Below, in pieces: positions 52,741 through 64,000 of a DNA stretch of 64,000 nucleotides. This DNA is from Eledone cirrhosa. Taxonomy: Eukaryota. The DNA is taken from the NCBI GenBank assembly GCA_964016885.1, contig OZ024741.1, positions 232,562,001 through 232,626,000 on the forward strand, given 5' to 3'. The notes under the pieces are model-generated. The model worked only from the letters and a program-made list of their open reading frames with translations. It was not told the DNA's origin and ran no database searches. The first letter of the stretch is position 1; the number at the start of each line of letters is the position of its first letter. The translations under genes and the position numbers were made by a program.

Positions 52741-54291
52741 TAAAACTAATAACAATAATACATATAACTACAATGGTGCCACTTCATCTAAGTTTAAGTT
52801 TCGGTTTTACAATCATAAACATTCTTTTTCTAATCCAGATAAAAAATTTTCCACATCACTATCACAATTAATATTGTTTTTGAAAGAAACAAATATCAAA
52901 TATTCAATTTCTTGGAGTAAGTTAAAAAATTCTAATTCCTGCCGAAACGCATCCATTTCACCAGATTGCAATCTTTGCGATTTAGAGATTATATTGATAA
53001 TTACAAATTATGGTAATTTAATTAATAAGAAAAATGAATTATTTAGTAGCTGTCAACATAAGTCTGTAAGAACGTTTCAAACATTACACAAATTTCAAAA
53101 AAATAGTGTCTATTAATAATTCTTAAAAAATTATATATATAACGTTTTGCCTTACCGGTAAAAATTGTTTCCCGCTTTTATCTAGTAAATTAATCTTATG
53201 ATATGTCTCAATATTCTATGTTTACATTTAGTAAGGTCATTGTTTAACTAGAAAATCCTTGATTTGCGTTTTGAAATATCTTTTTTGTTTTTCAAAATAC
53301 TTAAATGTTTTAAATGTTCACATAGGATGAATGAGTTATCTTCCTTTGTTTACATTCTTCGTAAATAATTTTGTTCTGTCTGAATAGATTGCTAAAGTAT
53401 ATTTAACATGATTTATATCAGTCTAATAATATATGGTAATCCTTAAAGGGAAAATATATATATAATGAGTAATTATTGAAGTAAATTAGAAATAATAAAA
53501 CTTTTGAGATTAAATATAACTATAAATTAATCCTGTAATGAAATGACAATCAATGAATTGAAATGTTTTTATCAAGAAAATAGAATAATTCAGATAATAA
53601 ATGATCTTAATATAATATTTAATTTAATATATATACTGATGGTAATATACGCATATGTTTTAATAGATATCTTTATACATATTTAATAACTATTTAAATA
53701 TGTTTTAAAGATAAAAATATTTCTAAATATTATAACAAAATATTTAATGAATATACTACTTAATTAAACTATGTATCTGTTGGCTATAGAAGAACATTTT
53801 TCTTTTTTTATTGGTTAATTTTGATATAATATATGAGTATAATTAGCTTAAACATAACCGAAATACAAAAGATATTAAAAATGTCCTGTTATCTAATTGG
53901 TCGCCTCAATTTGACTTAATATTCGAAAACAACGGTCTCTATACATATCCGCATCATTTCTTTCTTCCTTTCTTTCTTTTTTGTCGTTATTTCTTCTTTC
54001 TTATTCTCTCTTCTCTCTCTCTCCTCCTTTTTCTTTTTTTCTTTTTATATATTTACTCATTTAAATATTTATGTATGTATGTGTTTATTTATTTTCTTAT
54101 TGCATTTCCACATATTCACCCCCTCCATATACCCATATTTCACTCCCCATCCTCTTCTTCTTCTTTAATTTTAAATATATCATGTTATTATTTGTGGTAT
54201 AGAAATGTTGAGATTTGTTGTAATAAATCACTGTCAATACTAGAATTGAACTATCAAGACAGTTGAGATATGTCATATATCAATTCATGTA

Positions 54292-54353
54292 TTCTATCTG
54301 ACGAGGAGGTACTGAAAAAACAGCACAGTACCTTCGAAATATATATAATAAAA
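54292..54353 (+). ncRNA. Type-I hammerhead ribozyme (PLE C, right arm)
   Basis: ttctat CTGACGA ggaggtactg-aaaaaacagca-cagtaccttc GAAA tatata TA ataaaa, with a 10-bp stem II. Confidence 0.8.
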
Positions 54354-54575
54354 CATATATTTTGATTAAGTGAATGTCTTCATTTATTATTCTGAATAAT
54401 ATATATAAGTATATATATCTAAATTAGTTTTGCGAGGTTTGTTATATGAAATCGTGTATCGAAACAAACATTGTTATACTTGGGGAGGGTCATATTTGTG
54501 TAATATTGCCAGAATTAATAACAGAACACACTCTATATATATATATATATATATATACAGAACACACACACTATA

Positions 54576-54657
<82 letters not shown>

Positions 54658-54666
54658 GTAGCGAGA

Positions 54667-54699
<33 letters not shown>

Positions 54700-54717
54700 G
54701 GGTAGCGAGAGAGAGAG

Positions 54718-57700
54718 AGTTTTGCGAGGTTTTTTATATGAAATCGTGTCGAAACAAATATTGTTATACTTGATGAGGGTCGTATTTGTGTAATAATATT
54801 GCCAGAATTAATAACAGAACACACTCACTGTTTGGTTGGTTTTCGCTTCTGTGTCGGTTAATTTAATTTATTCGGTCCTAAATGTTGCCATTGACTGACC
54901 AACGGTCAAATATACAGATACAATATACACACAAACACATATATATAGTCTATCAAAGTTCTTTCGTTGCACATCTGCAACATCGTCAGTGGTGCTATTA
55001 TGTTTCCTCCGTTGCACTGTATGCTTACGCCATCTTTATTTAGTCTGTTTATTTATTTATTTTTTTGTCTCCTTTCTGCATGCCTTTGCGTGTGCGTATA
55101 GTGTTTTGTTTGATATGTGTTCTTGTTTGGGTGACTGTGTATTGGTTAATATATTCTATCTTAGTTTACTAGTGTGTGTTTATATGTGTTTGTTGTTATT
55201 GTGCGTGTGTATGTATTTATTTATTTATTTATACTTCTCTTTGGTCAGTGTTGTTTGTTTGGGTGTTGTTGTTATTATATTCATTTTTTTCTGTTTAGCC
55301 TTGGCCTTCTAAGTTCTATTTCGCTGGCCTCTCTGATTTGCCTATCTGCTGAGTCATTTCTATGTTTAGATATTAATCTAACTTCTATGTTGTCTATGTT
55401 ACCGTTGTGTGGTTGTCTGGCATCTTCGTATAGTACTGAACCGTTTTTTCGTCCTTTTAGTTACCCCCAGTGTTGGTCTATCCTTTCACCTATGCTACGA
55501 GCTGTCTCGCCTATGTATGTTGTTGTCATGTTTCTGCAAGTACCCTCTGTACATCTTATGCTATAGACTACGTTTCTAGATTTAAGTTTACTCTACATAT
55601 GATACATTTCCTATTAGTACAGTGGGTTTTCTTAAAAGGGTAGGTTTTGCTGATCAGGGATTTTATGGTGGTTCCTAGCTTTTCTACCACCTTAATCTTT
55701 AGGTGGGTCTTTCTCGGGGCTTTTCTACACTAGTTAGCTAATTTTCCTCCAGGGGTAACGTGACACTCTGGTATCTCTGGTTTTCGTGTCGTACCATGAG
55801 GTGGCTTTCCCTATCTTATGTCTAGTCCTATCAAAGCTATTCCATGATTTGCTCCTGTATAATGGGCAAATTCCTTTCATGTCCAGGTCTATGAGGGTCT
55901 TATACTTATCCGTGGCTCCTTCGTATACTCTGATTCTGTCTCAGTTAAGAAAAATGGTAGCACATGCAATAGGGGCTAGTATCAAAACTACCCTAAAGGT
56001 CCACATATTCAAGTTCAACGAGAAGATCTACACCCAAAGTGAGGAAGCAGCCATTGGCGTCAGCATAGCTGGTGACGTTGCCAACCTTTTTATGGTATTG
56101 TGGGAAAGGAGACGCAAAATCTCCTTGATGAGAACTCCATAGACCTCATCATGTGCTCTCGTTACGTAGAAGACATCAATATAGTAATAAGGACATCCCC
56201 ACAAGAGAACACTAACAAGTTTGATTTAGAACGTAGCACAATGGAAAGCATCCATCAGATAGCTAATTCCATACACCAGAATATAACTGTAACTATCGAC
56301 TACCCTTCCAAACACCCTAACAATAGACTACCTGTATTAGACACGGAACTCTGGATTAACACTATAGACGAGAGAGCCCAAATTCTCCACTCACACTATG
56401 CTAAACCCATGTTCTCCAAATATCTGAAACTCAAAAACACAGCAATGTCCAGTAGTGCTTGGTTTAATATTCTGATCGCAGACTTGGTACGAGTGATGAA
56501 GAACATGTCCCGCCTGTGCGACCCCAAAAAAGTGGAAAGACACATCCAACACTTCATCAACCGCATGCAGTTCTCTGGCTACAACCAAAGAGACAGAATC
56601 AGAGTATACGAAGGAGCCACGGAGAAGTAGAAGACCTTAATAGAGCTGGACATGAAAGGAATTTGCCCATTATACAGGAGCAAACCATGGAATAGCTTAG
56701 ATAGGACTAAGCATAAGATAGGGAAAGCCACCTCATGGTACGACACGACTACCAGAGATACCAGAGCTAACCAGTGTAGAAAGGCCTTGAGAAAGACCCA
56801 CTTAAAGATTAAACTGGTAGAAAAGCCAGGAACCACCATAAAATCCCTGATCAGCAAAACCTACCCTTTTAAGAAAACCCACTGTACTAATAGGAAATGT
56901 ATCATATGTAGAGTAAACCCCCGGATAAACTGTAAAATTAAAACGTAGTCTATAGCATAAGATGTACAGAGGGTACTTGCAAAAACATGACAACAACATA
57001 CATAGGCGAGACAGCTCGTAACATAGGTGAAAGGATAGACCAACACTGGGAGGAACTAAAAGGACAAAAACACGCTTCAGTACTATACGAAGATGCCAGA
57101 CAACAACACAACGGTAACATAGACAACATTGAAGTTAGAATAATATCTAAACATAGAAATGACCCAGCAGATAGGCAAATCGGCGAGGCCAGCGAAATAG
57201 AACTAAGAAGGCCAAGGCTAAACAGGAAAAATGAATGGAATAACAACAACACCCAAACAAACAACACTGACCTAAGAAAAGTATAAATAAATAAATAAAT
57301 ACATACATACACAAGCACAATAACAACAAACACATATAAACACACACTAGTAAACTAAGATAGAATACATTAACCAATACACAGTCACCCAAACAAGAAC
57401 ACACATCAAACAAAATACTATACACACATGCAAAGGCATGGGCAGAGAAGACAACAAAATAAACAAATAAATAAATAAACAGACTAAATAAAGATGGCGT
57501 AAGCATACAATGCTTGTGGAAACATAATAGCACCACTGACGATGTTGCAGATGTGCAAGGAAAGTACTTTGATAGACTATATATATGTTTGTGTCTATAT
57601 TGTATCTGTATTTTTGACCGTTGGTCAGTCAATGGCAACATTGAGGACCGAATAAATTAAATTAACCGATATAAAAGACACAGAAGCGAAAACCAACCAA

Positions 57701-57763
57701 ACAGTGTGTTCTGTTATTAATTCTGGCAATATTATTACACAAATATGCCCTCCCCAAGTATAA
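54718..57763 (+). mobile_element. PLE family B (Neptune/Nematis-like) with an inverted arm 54718-55942 and a 5'-truncated RT-EN from about 55945
   Basis: AIGVSIAGDVANLFM, RYVEDI, LPVLDTELW, HYAKPM, CTNRKCIIC and YIGETAR. An extra terminal fragment lies at about 54421-54533. Confidence 0.85.
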
Positions 57764-57764
57764 G

Positions 57765-57838
<74 letters not shown>

Positions 57839-57840
<2 letters not shown>

Positions 57841-58042
57841 AACGAGTAGGAGCTGACGGCTGAGCTCAAGCCGCTTCTACGGTTAATTCTGGACGTATTC
57901 TGGACGCCCGGAATTAGCCGTCGAAACGGCATGAGCTCAGCCGTCGGGGTCCTACTCGTTCCTATTACCCACTCTACTACCCTAAGTATTGAGTACTTTG
58001 GTGCGTTATGGTCCATCAGTTTCCTTACCACATTTCCTTCGT
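57839..58042. mobile_element. Miniature relative of the 39661 fold-back (about 58-bp arms plus the same about 80-bp tail)
   Basis: ggaacgagtagg...ctggacgt / acgcccggaattagccg...ctcgttcc, followed by the tail tattacccactctactacc...acatttccttc. (TA)n on both sides. Confidence 0.85.
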
Positions 58043-58080
58043 TATATATATATATATATATATAAATATATATATATATA

Positions 58081-58202
<122 letters not shown>

Positions 58203-58348
58203 TTTTGAGTTACGTTGGTTGTATACCAACACTATGATTCCAGTTCGTCAGTGAAATAACAACCCAACCAGGAACTGGGCATATCAGAGTATTGACAATA
58301 GTATACACCTCAACAATATATGTACTTGTATATACCATACTAATTAAA

Positions 58349-58403
58349 ACTGCCTGAAGAGGTCACAGCCAAAGATGGCTGTCACTGAAATATATATAGC
58401 AGT
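58349..58403 (+). ncRNA. Type-I hammerhead ribozyme in a short orphan pLTR-like fragment
   Basis: actgc CTGAAGA ggtcacagcc-aaagat-ggctgtcact GAAA tatata TA gcagt, followed immediately by aataaa. Confidence 0.8.
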
Positions 58404-58677
58404 AATAAACGAAGCTAAATTTTAATCATTTGACTTTTTATTTAACTTTATTTTATATATATATATATATATAGTATTAGTTATACTATTTATGGTTATG
58501 TAAACACAAAACCTTAAGCAGTTGTAAGTATTTTACACACACCCTAAATAGTGGTAGGCAGTAATGTATTACTACCTTATTACCAGTAAGTTAAGTAGCT
58601 CAATGTAAAAACATCAGATGATTTACAGAGCAGTTATATGAAATATAAGAATCAAAGAACTGTTCAAAACATTATTG

Positions 58678-58724
58678 TGCTTACAGCTGTTTCCTCCAAA
58701 CCGAGGTTTGGATTCTTCGGAGCA
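58678..58724 (-). ncRNA. Type-I hammerhead ribozyme, U4C core variant (3' pLTR)
   Basis: tgct CCGAAGA atccaaacc-tc-ggtttggag GAAA cagctg TA agca. Confidence 0.7.
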
Positions 58725-60167
58725 ATTTATTAATGCATGGACAGTTATATGACCTCCCCTTCAGCCGAGAGACATACCAATACATATTCAAACATTGATA
58801 CATATTCAAACATTGTGGGTCAACATTCATTACAGAATTTAGAGTGGCAGTACACACTTCGAGATTACATTTATATTAATAGGTACAATCAAAAATCAAA
58901 GATATAGGTTAAAATACAACATGAAGATAAGTGGTTATATAGTGCAAATGTTATATGTGTGGCACGCATGTGCGTCTTGTTTATATAGTGTGTCAGAGAG
59001 ATATGTGTGGTAGAGGCACTTAGGTAGGTAAATAAGAGTGTTAGGTTGGTAGATCTGGTGGCAAAGTCTTTATATGATTGATATAGTCTGTGTGTGGAGA
59101 AATATTATAAGCATTAAAGATAGTGCAAGCATTAAAAGTGTTATAAGTATTGGAGATGCACAGCGCAGGGATGTCAAGTAATTCATGTACTTCGGCATTT
59201 TCATGGTCAAGGGAGTGTATATTTCGATTATATGTCTTTCACATAATCCACGACAATCCAGTTAGAGATCGTAGTCTGGTGTTCTTTAGTTCGATACAGG
59301 AGGTTGTTACGTTTCGAGAGACGCCATTGAATACCGGAAGTGTGTGTGTGGCTAAGGGGAGTTAATGCATGCGGGGAGGTAACTCTGGGGTTTCTATATC
59401 TAGCCATTAAAATGTGTCCCAATATAGACCCTAAATTCTATGGTGAGGTGCACCTTCCAAGAGAGACTTTTAAAGCATAAAGTGTACTAACTATAGAGTA
59501 GTTTAACTAAATTATGCTGAAGGTGATCATATTATTATTAAGGTGGATTAACCCATCTTAAGGTGCTACAAATGGAAATTATAGATGATGAGCGAGGATT
59601 CTAAATTAATGATCTCTGTGGTTGTAGTCTGCTCATATGACCAGGCGCGGTGATTGCAGGATTGCTTCAGGACCCAATGATCTCTGGTAAGATCTGGGTC
59701 ATCGCTTGCTACATTGGATGTCGAAAGATAATCGTCCCCAGGCAGGCCAAAGGTCAATCCGCAGTCCTCGCGACCCCTCTCTGACCGTCAGATCATCCAT
59801 ATACGTACAACCCGCACGGCAGTTGCATTGCATTCACTCACTGCGCTCAGCAGCCTGGTCCTACTGGTCAACAGCGCTACTCGATTAAATCATTTTACAT
59901 CTGTCTAAGGAAGGTGTTTCCTCTGCCCAACACCATCCAACCGATCAATTCATGCTCAAATTACCCTTAGAGCGGTGTAGTGCCGTCCAGGTGGGTGGAT
60001 GTTGTCACACCTGCCGTAGAGGTATAAATGGGTATTTTCCCTGCGAAGGGTTCCAGAGGGATGTCGTTGTTTGTGTTATAATGGATCAGCTAGTGTTGGG
60101 TATGTAGTATAGGGTGTGTCTCTGGTGTTTGATGCTAGATGTGGTGTTAGGTTCCAGTCCGACATTG

Positions 60168-62615
60168 CTATATATAGGGCTTAAAGTTTTGGAAGGAATG
60201 TCTGAGGCGGTGCTGGCAAGTTGCAAACACCTCAGATTTTTTGTTAAGTAGGTTACGGTTGGAGAAGATAATATTGTGTGTCTCTAGTATACAGAGGTTA
60301 CAGAATTTATTAGGTGGTTTGTACGAGGTCGCGCTGCCTATCACTTCCCATTTGAGTGTGTATGGTTTATTTTTAGATTTTAGATAGTGTATGTAGCTAG
60401 AAAGTGAGGTGGAGTTGGCTAGGCTGTGCTTTTTGAACGAGTGGATGTGCGAGTTATATCTAATTTTGAAGCAGTTAGAAGTGGAGCCTATATAGGTTTC
60501 TGAAGAGTTATTAGTCGTGACTGTGCATGAGTATATGACATCCTTGGTTAGGCATTTTTTATCTAAAGGGCAGGTTCTATTAGCTCTACAGTTACAATTA
60601 TTCTGTGCGTTAGTCCGCTGGTTATAATGCAATGCGGAAGTCTGTGTGGTGGATATAGGATTTTGGGTGTTCAGGTTGACAACCCTGGTGTTATTACTTA
60701 TACTAGTGTTATTTCTATTGTTACTGCCGTTGCTATTGTTGCTTGCTACAGTGGTATTTAGAGGGTTTGCATCCCGTTGCGATTTTGTTTGTTGGAAGTA
60801 AGAACTAATTTTACTATTATTGCTGCTAGCTATGTGGTATGCTAAGTTAGGCGTCGTGGAGTATGAGATTTTAATGGTGTTTTTGTTTAAGAGGTTGTGG
60901 TACTTGTGTCCTAGAGGGAAGTTTTTATCTAGTAGTAAGAAGAAAGCCCTAGGTATGTTGGTGGAGACATTTAGGTTGAAAGGAGGGTTGAAAAATGTAT
61001 TATTTCTTCTTCTATTTTTGCTTTTAGTGTTTGGTGTGTTGCTTCCTCCTAAGGCCTCACAGTAGTTTCCATGGTAATGGTTACTTCCGGTGGCCCCCTC
61101 CGCTTTGGTGTACTTGTGGTTGCTATTCCTATTATTAGATTTCCTCATGGACATGTTGTGCGAGATGATGTTGTAGCTATGTGTTTTCTTAGGTAGGAAC
61201 TCAATTTCTATATTATGGCCGGAGCTAGCTAATGCTTGATTGTAATATTGTGAGTTTTTGCTAAATATGTTTGCGTCATAGGACAGACTAGAGATTCTAT
61301 TGGACACCCCCTTAGAGATAGAGTTTAATATTGATCTAGGGTGATTAGACTTGGTATCTACGTAAATAAGTTTCTCATTAGGCTTATGGAAGGGTGTATA
61401 TATTTTTGAGTCTAGGTATAGTGTGGCGTCTAGGAAGTTAACATTTTTAGTGTTTTTGTCCATGGTGATACTAAGGTTAAAGTTTTTGAATGTCTTATGC
61501 AGTTGTTTTCTAGTTCTTTCTATATTAAATTTTTTATATTCTATGAGTAGAAGTGCATCATCGCGGTACAAACCACCGTTGAGGTAAGGGAGGTCTTTAT
61601 GGATTTCATTGAGGAGGTATAGGCCGACCAAATCAGTGACCTGCGCCGAGTCACTAGATCCCATGGTTATGTCGAAGTTGTTGTGCGTATCCTTGCGTGT
61701 CCATAGTTGGTCCTCGAAGGTGATTATGGTTTTACGGGCCGCAATGATGACATCAACCTGGGCTCTAGTCAGGTCGCTATTGGTCATGGCCATGATAAGT
61801 GCCTTATTTAATAGGATAGGGGAAATAGAGGTGTAGTATGAATTGATATCAAATTGAATAAATTTTTTGTTCTTATTATTCTTGATATCCTTAAACCATT
61901 CAATTACTTCACCCGTATTTCCCCATTGTTTAAGGTGTATCTTGTGTTTAATTTGTGGGATGATTTTATCCAAGATCTTCTTGCTGATAATACCAATGTC
62001 GGACTTGGAAGGGCAGATAAGTCTTATCGTGGGGTTGCTGATGAAGTTCTCCTTATGGTCCTTCAGAGAGAATCTAGGGGGGTTCGGAGTGAAAGGTTGT
62101 GTATGCCTCTGTAGTCCTAGTTTAGACACTATATTATAACCCTCTACATTAATATCTTCTAAGTTTTTCAAGGTGGTTTTTTTGTAGCTTTTATGTAGTT
62201 CATTATATATAAACTTTCTATAAGTAATATAATCTAGGCTGTATATGTTATTAGTTTTATCTGCGTGTACAATAGTTTTGAATCCACTAATAGAAGTGTT
62301 AAGTTTGTTTAAGAAGGTGTTGCTTCTAATATGGTGCTTATTGTATTTAATGTTCTTAACTAGTTTAACTAGGTCATTTTCAAAGGAGTTAAGTAGAGTG
62401 TTATGAGGGGGGCTTTTAAAGGTTTTAAAGCCGAAGGAGTCAAAATTGTTAGTATTATTCAAGTTGTTAGATTTGTTTCTATCATAATGGAATGTCCTCC
62501 ATCTCACTCTATTGATAAATGAATTTACACTGTTGATCAGCAATTTCTCATATGTATTCCTGGATGGTATTGGTATGTTCTTGGTTGACATGGGGAGTTG
62601 GTCTTTGATTAGCAT
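60168..62615 (-). CDS. PLE reverse transcriptase + C-terminal GIY-YIG endonuclease (815 aa, Hydra-clade-like)
   Basis: HADKTNN, LKDHK, FDINSYYTSI, MGSSDSAQVTDLVG, LYRDD, CNCRANRTCPLDKKC, VIYSC...TYIGST, RYNSH, CNLCILE and KSE...CQH. The frame is uninterrupted. Confidence 0.93.
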   Translation of the reverse strand: MLIKDQLPMSTKNIPIPSRNTYEKLLINSVNSFINRVRWRTFHYDRNKSNNLNNTNNFDSFGFKTFKSPPHNTLLNSFENDLVKLVKNIKYNKHHIRSNTFLNKLNTSISGFKTIVHADKTNNIYSLDYITYRKFIYNELHKSYKKTTLKNLEDINVEGYNIVSKLGLQRHTQPFTPNPPRFSLKDHKENFISNPTIRLICPSKSDIGIISKKILDKIIPQIKHKIHLKQWGNTGEVIEWFKDIKNNKNKKFIQFDINSYYTSISPILLNKALIMAMTNSDLTRAQVDVIIAARKTIITFEDQLWTRKDTHNNFDITMGSSDSAQVTDLVGLYLLNEIHKDLPYLNGGLYRDDALLLIEYKKFNIERTRKQLHKTFKNFNLSITMDKNTKNVNFLDATLYLDSKIYTPFHKPNEKLIYVDTKSNHPRSILNSISKGVSNRISSLSYDANIFSKNSQYYNQALASSGHNIEIEFLPKKTHSYNIISHNMSMRKSNNRNSNHKYTKAEGATGSNHYHGNYCEALGGSNTPNTKSKNRRRNNTFFNPPFNLNVSTNIPRAFFLLLDKNFPLGHKYHNLLNKNTIKISYSTTPNLAYHIASSNNSKISSYFQQTKSQRDANPLNTTVASNNSNGSNNRNNTSISNNTRVVNLNTQNPISTTQTSALHYNQRTNAQNNCNCRANRTCPLDKKCLTKDVIYSCTVTTNNSSETYIGSTSNCFKIRYNSHIHSFKKHSLANSTSLSSYIHYLKSKNKPYTLKWEVIGSATSYKPPNKFCNLCILETHNIIFSNRNLLNKKSEVFATCQHRLRHSFQNFKPYI

Positions 62616-62864
62616 ATTGGCAATATTATATGTCAGCTCAACGATATGGAGCAGTTAATAGTATTAGTTATACTATTTATGGTTATGTAAACACAAAACC
62701 TTAAGCAGTTGTAAGTATTTTACACACACCCTAAATAGTGGTAGGCAGTAATGTATTACTACCTTATTACCAGTAAGTTAAGTAGCTCAATGTAAAAACA
62801 TCAGATGATTTACAGAGCAGTTATATGAAATATAAGAATCAAAGAACTGTTCAAAACATTATTG

Positions 62865-62911
62865 TGCTTACAGCTGTTTCCTCCAAACCGAGGTTTGGAT
62901 TCTTCGGAGCA
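62865..62911 (-). ncRNA. Type-I hammerhead ribozyme, U4C variant (5' pLTR)
   Basis: Identical to 58678-58724. Confidence 0.7.
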
Positions 62912-63870
62912 ATTTATTAATGCATGGACAGTTATATGACCTCCCCTTCAGCCGAGAGACATACCAATACATATTCAAACATTGATACATATTCAAACAT
63001 TGTGGGTCAACATTCATTACAGAATTTAGAGTGGCAGTACACACTTCGAGATTACATTTATATTAATAGGTACAATCAAAAATCAAAGATATAGGTTAAA
63101 ATACAACATGAAGATAAGTGGTTATATAGTGCAAATGTTATATGTGTGGCACGCATGTGCGTCTTGTTTATATAGTGTGTTAGAGAGATATGTGTGGTAG
63201 AGGCACTTAGGTAGGTAAATAAGAGTGTTAGGTTGGTAGATCTGGTGGCAAAGTCTTTATATGATTGATATAGTCTGTGTGTGGAGAAATATTATAAGCA
63301 TTAAAGATAGTGCAAGCATTAAAAGTGTTATAAGTATTGGAGATGCACAGCGCAGGGATGTCAAGTAATTCATGTACTTCGGCATTTTCATGGTCAAGGG
63401 AGTGTATATTTCGATTATATGTCTTTCACATAATCCACGACAATCCAGTTAGAGATCGTAGTCTGGTGTTCTTTAGTTCGATACAGGAGGTTGTTACGTT
63501 TCGAGAGACGCCATTGAATACCGGAAGTGTGTGTGTGGCTAAGGGGAGTTAATGCATGCGGGGAGGTAACTCTGGGGTTTCTATATCTAGCCATTAAAAT
63601 GTGTCCCAATATAGACCCTATTTTATGGTGAGGTGCACCTTCCAAGAGAGACTTTTAAAGCATAAAGTGTACTAACTATAGAGTAGTATAACTAAATTAT
63701 GCTGAAGGTGATCATATTATTATTAAGGTGGATTAACCCATCTTAAGGTGCTACAAATGGAAATTATAGATGATGAGCGAGGATTCTAAATTAATGATCT
63801 CTGTGGTTGTAGTCTGCTCATATGACCAGGCGCGGTGATTGCAGGATTGCTTCAGGACCCAATGATTCTT

Positions 63871-63933
<63 letters not shown>

Positions 63934-64000
63934 GGAAAAGAATGTAACGAAATTTCAATTCTCACTTTTAGTACGGCTGATACATAAATATAAGTATGTA

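Larger units (their letters stand above)
58471..63870 (-). mobile_element. Complete Penelope-like element (family D) with about 1.21-kb direct pLTRs
   Basis: 58471-59681 and 62658-63866 are nearly identical. There is an intact ORF between them and (TA)n on both sides. Confidence 0.92.

Noticed and set aside
59150-63645. Duplicated 71-aa and 64/76-aa ORFs
   Set aside because: They lie in the two pLTR copies and have no coding signature.
58471-63866. LTR retrotransposon interpretation
   Set aside because: No TG...CA ends, PBS, gag or integrase. The protein is a PLE RT-GIY-YIG.

Overview
AT-rich, microsatellite-dense animal genomic DNA. The SINE family and repeat landscape suggest a cephalopod such as Octopus (inference). 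Most of the window is nested mobile DNA. It contains degraded Tx1/L1-clade LINEs (1-8.8 kb), RTE LINEs, tRNA-derived SINEs, a Chapaev3-like DNA transposon with intact TIRs and TSD (27859-29872), a full-length Helitron with exact TC...CTAG ends (45103-52362) and at least four families of Penelope-like elements (PLEs). One PLE has an intact 815-aa RT + GIY-YIG ORF between 1.2-kb direct pseudo-LTRs. By reading the sequence I find about 13 minimal type-I hammerhead ribozyme motifs, mostly in PLE terminal repeats. Eight insertions in or next to (TA)n tracts are fold-backs (inverted arms); seven have an extra tail on one arm only. A second, non-hammerhead conserved 50-nt two-hairpin motif is shared between otherwise unrelated elements. 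The only host-gene candidate is a + strand single-pass membrane protein: an EGF-like exon (14852), a TM exon (20000) and a roughly 5.9-kb exon encoding about 48 copies of a 36-aa repeat. The 5' part of that large exon appears disrupted. Most short ORFs in the track are microsatellite or antisense noise. All calls are by eye and coordinates of degraded elements are approximate.
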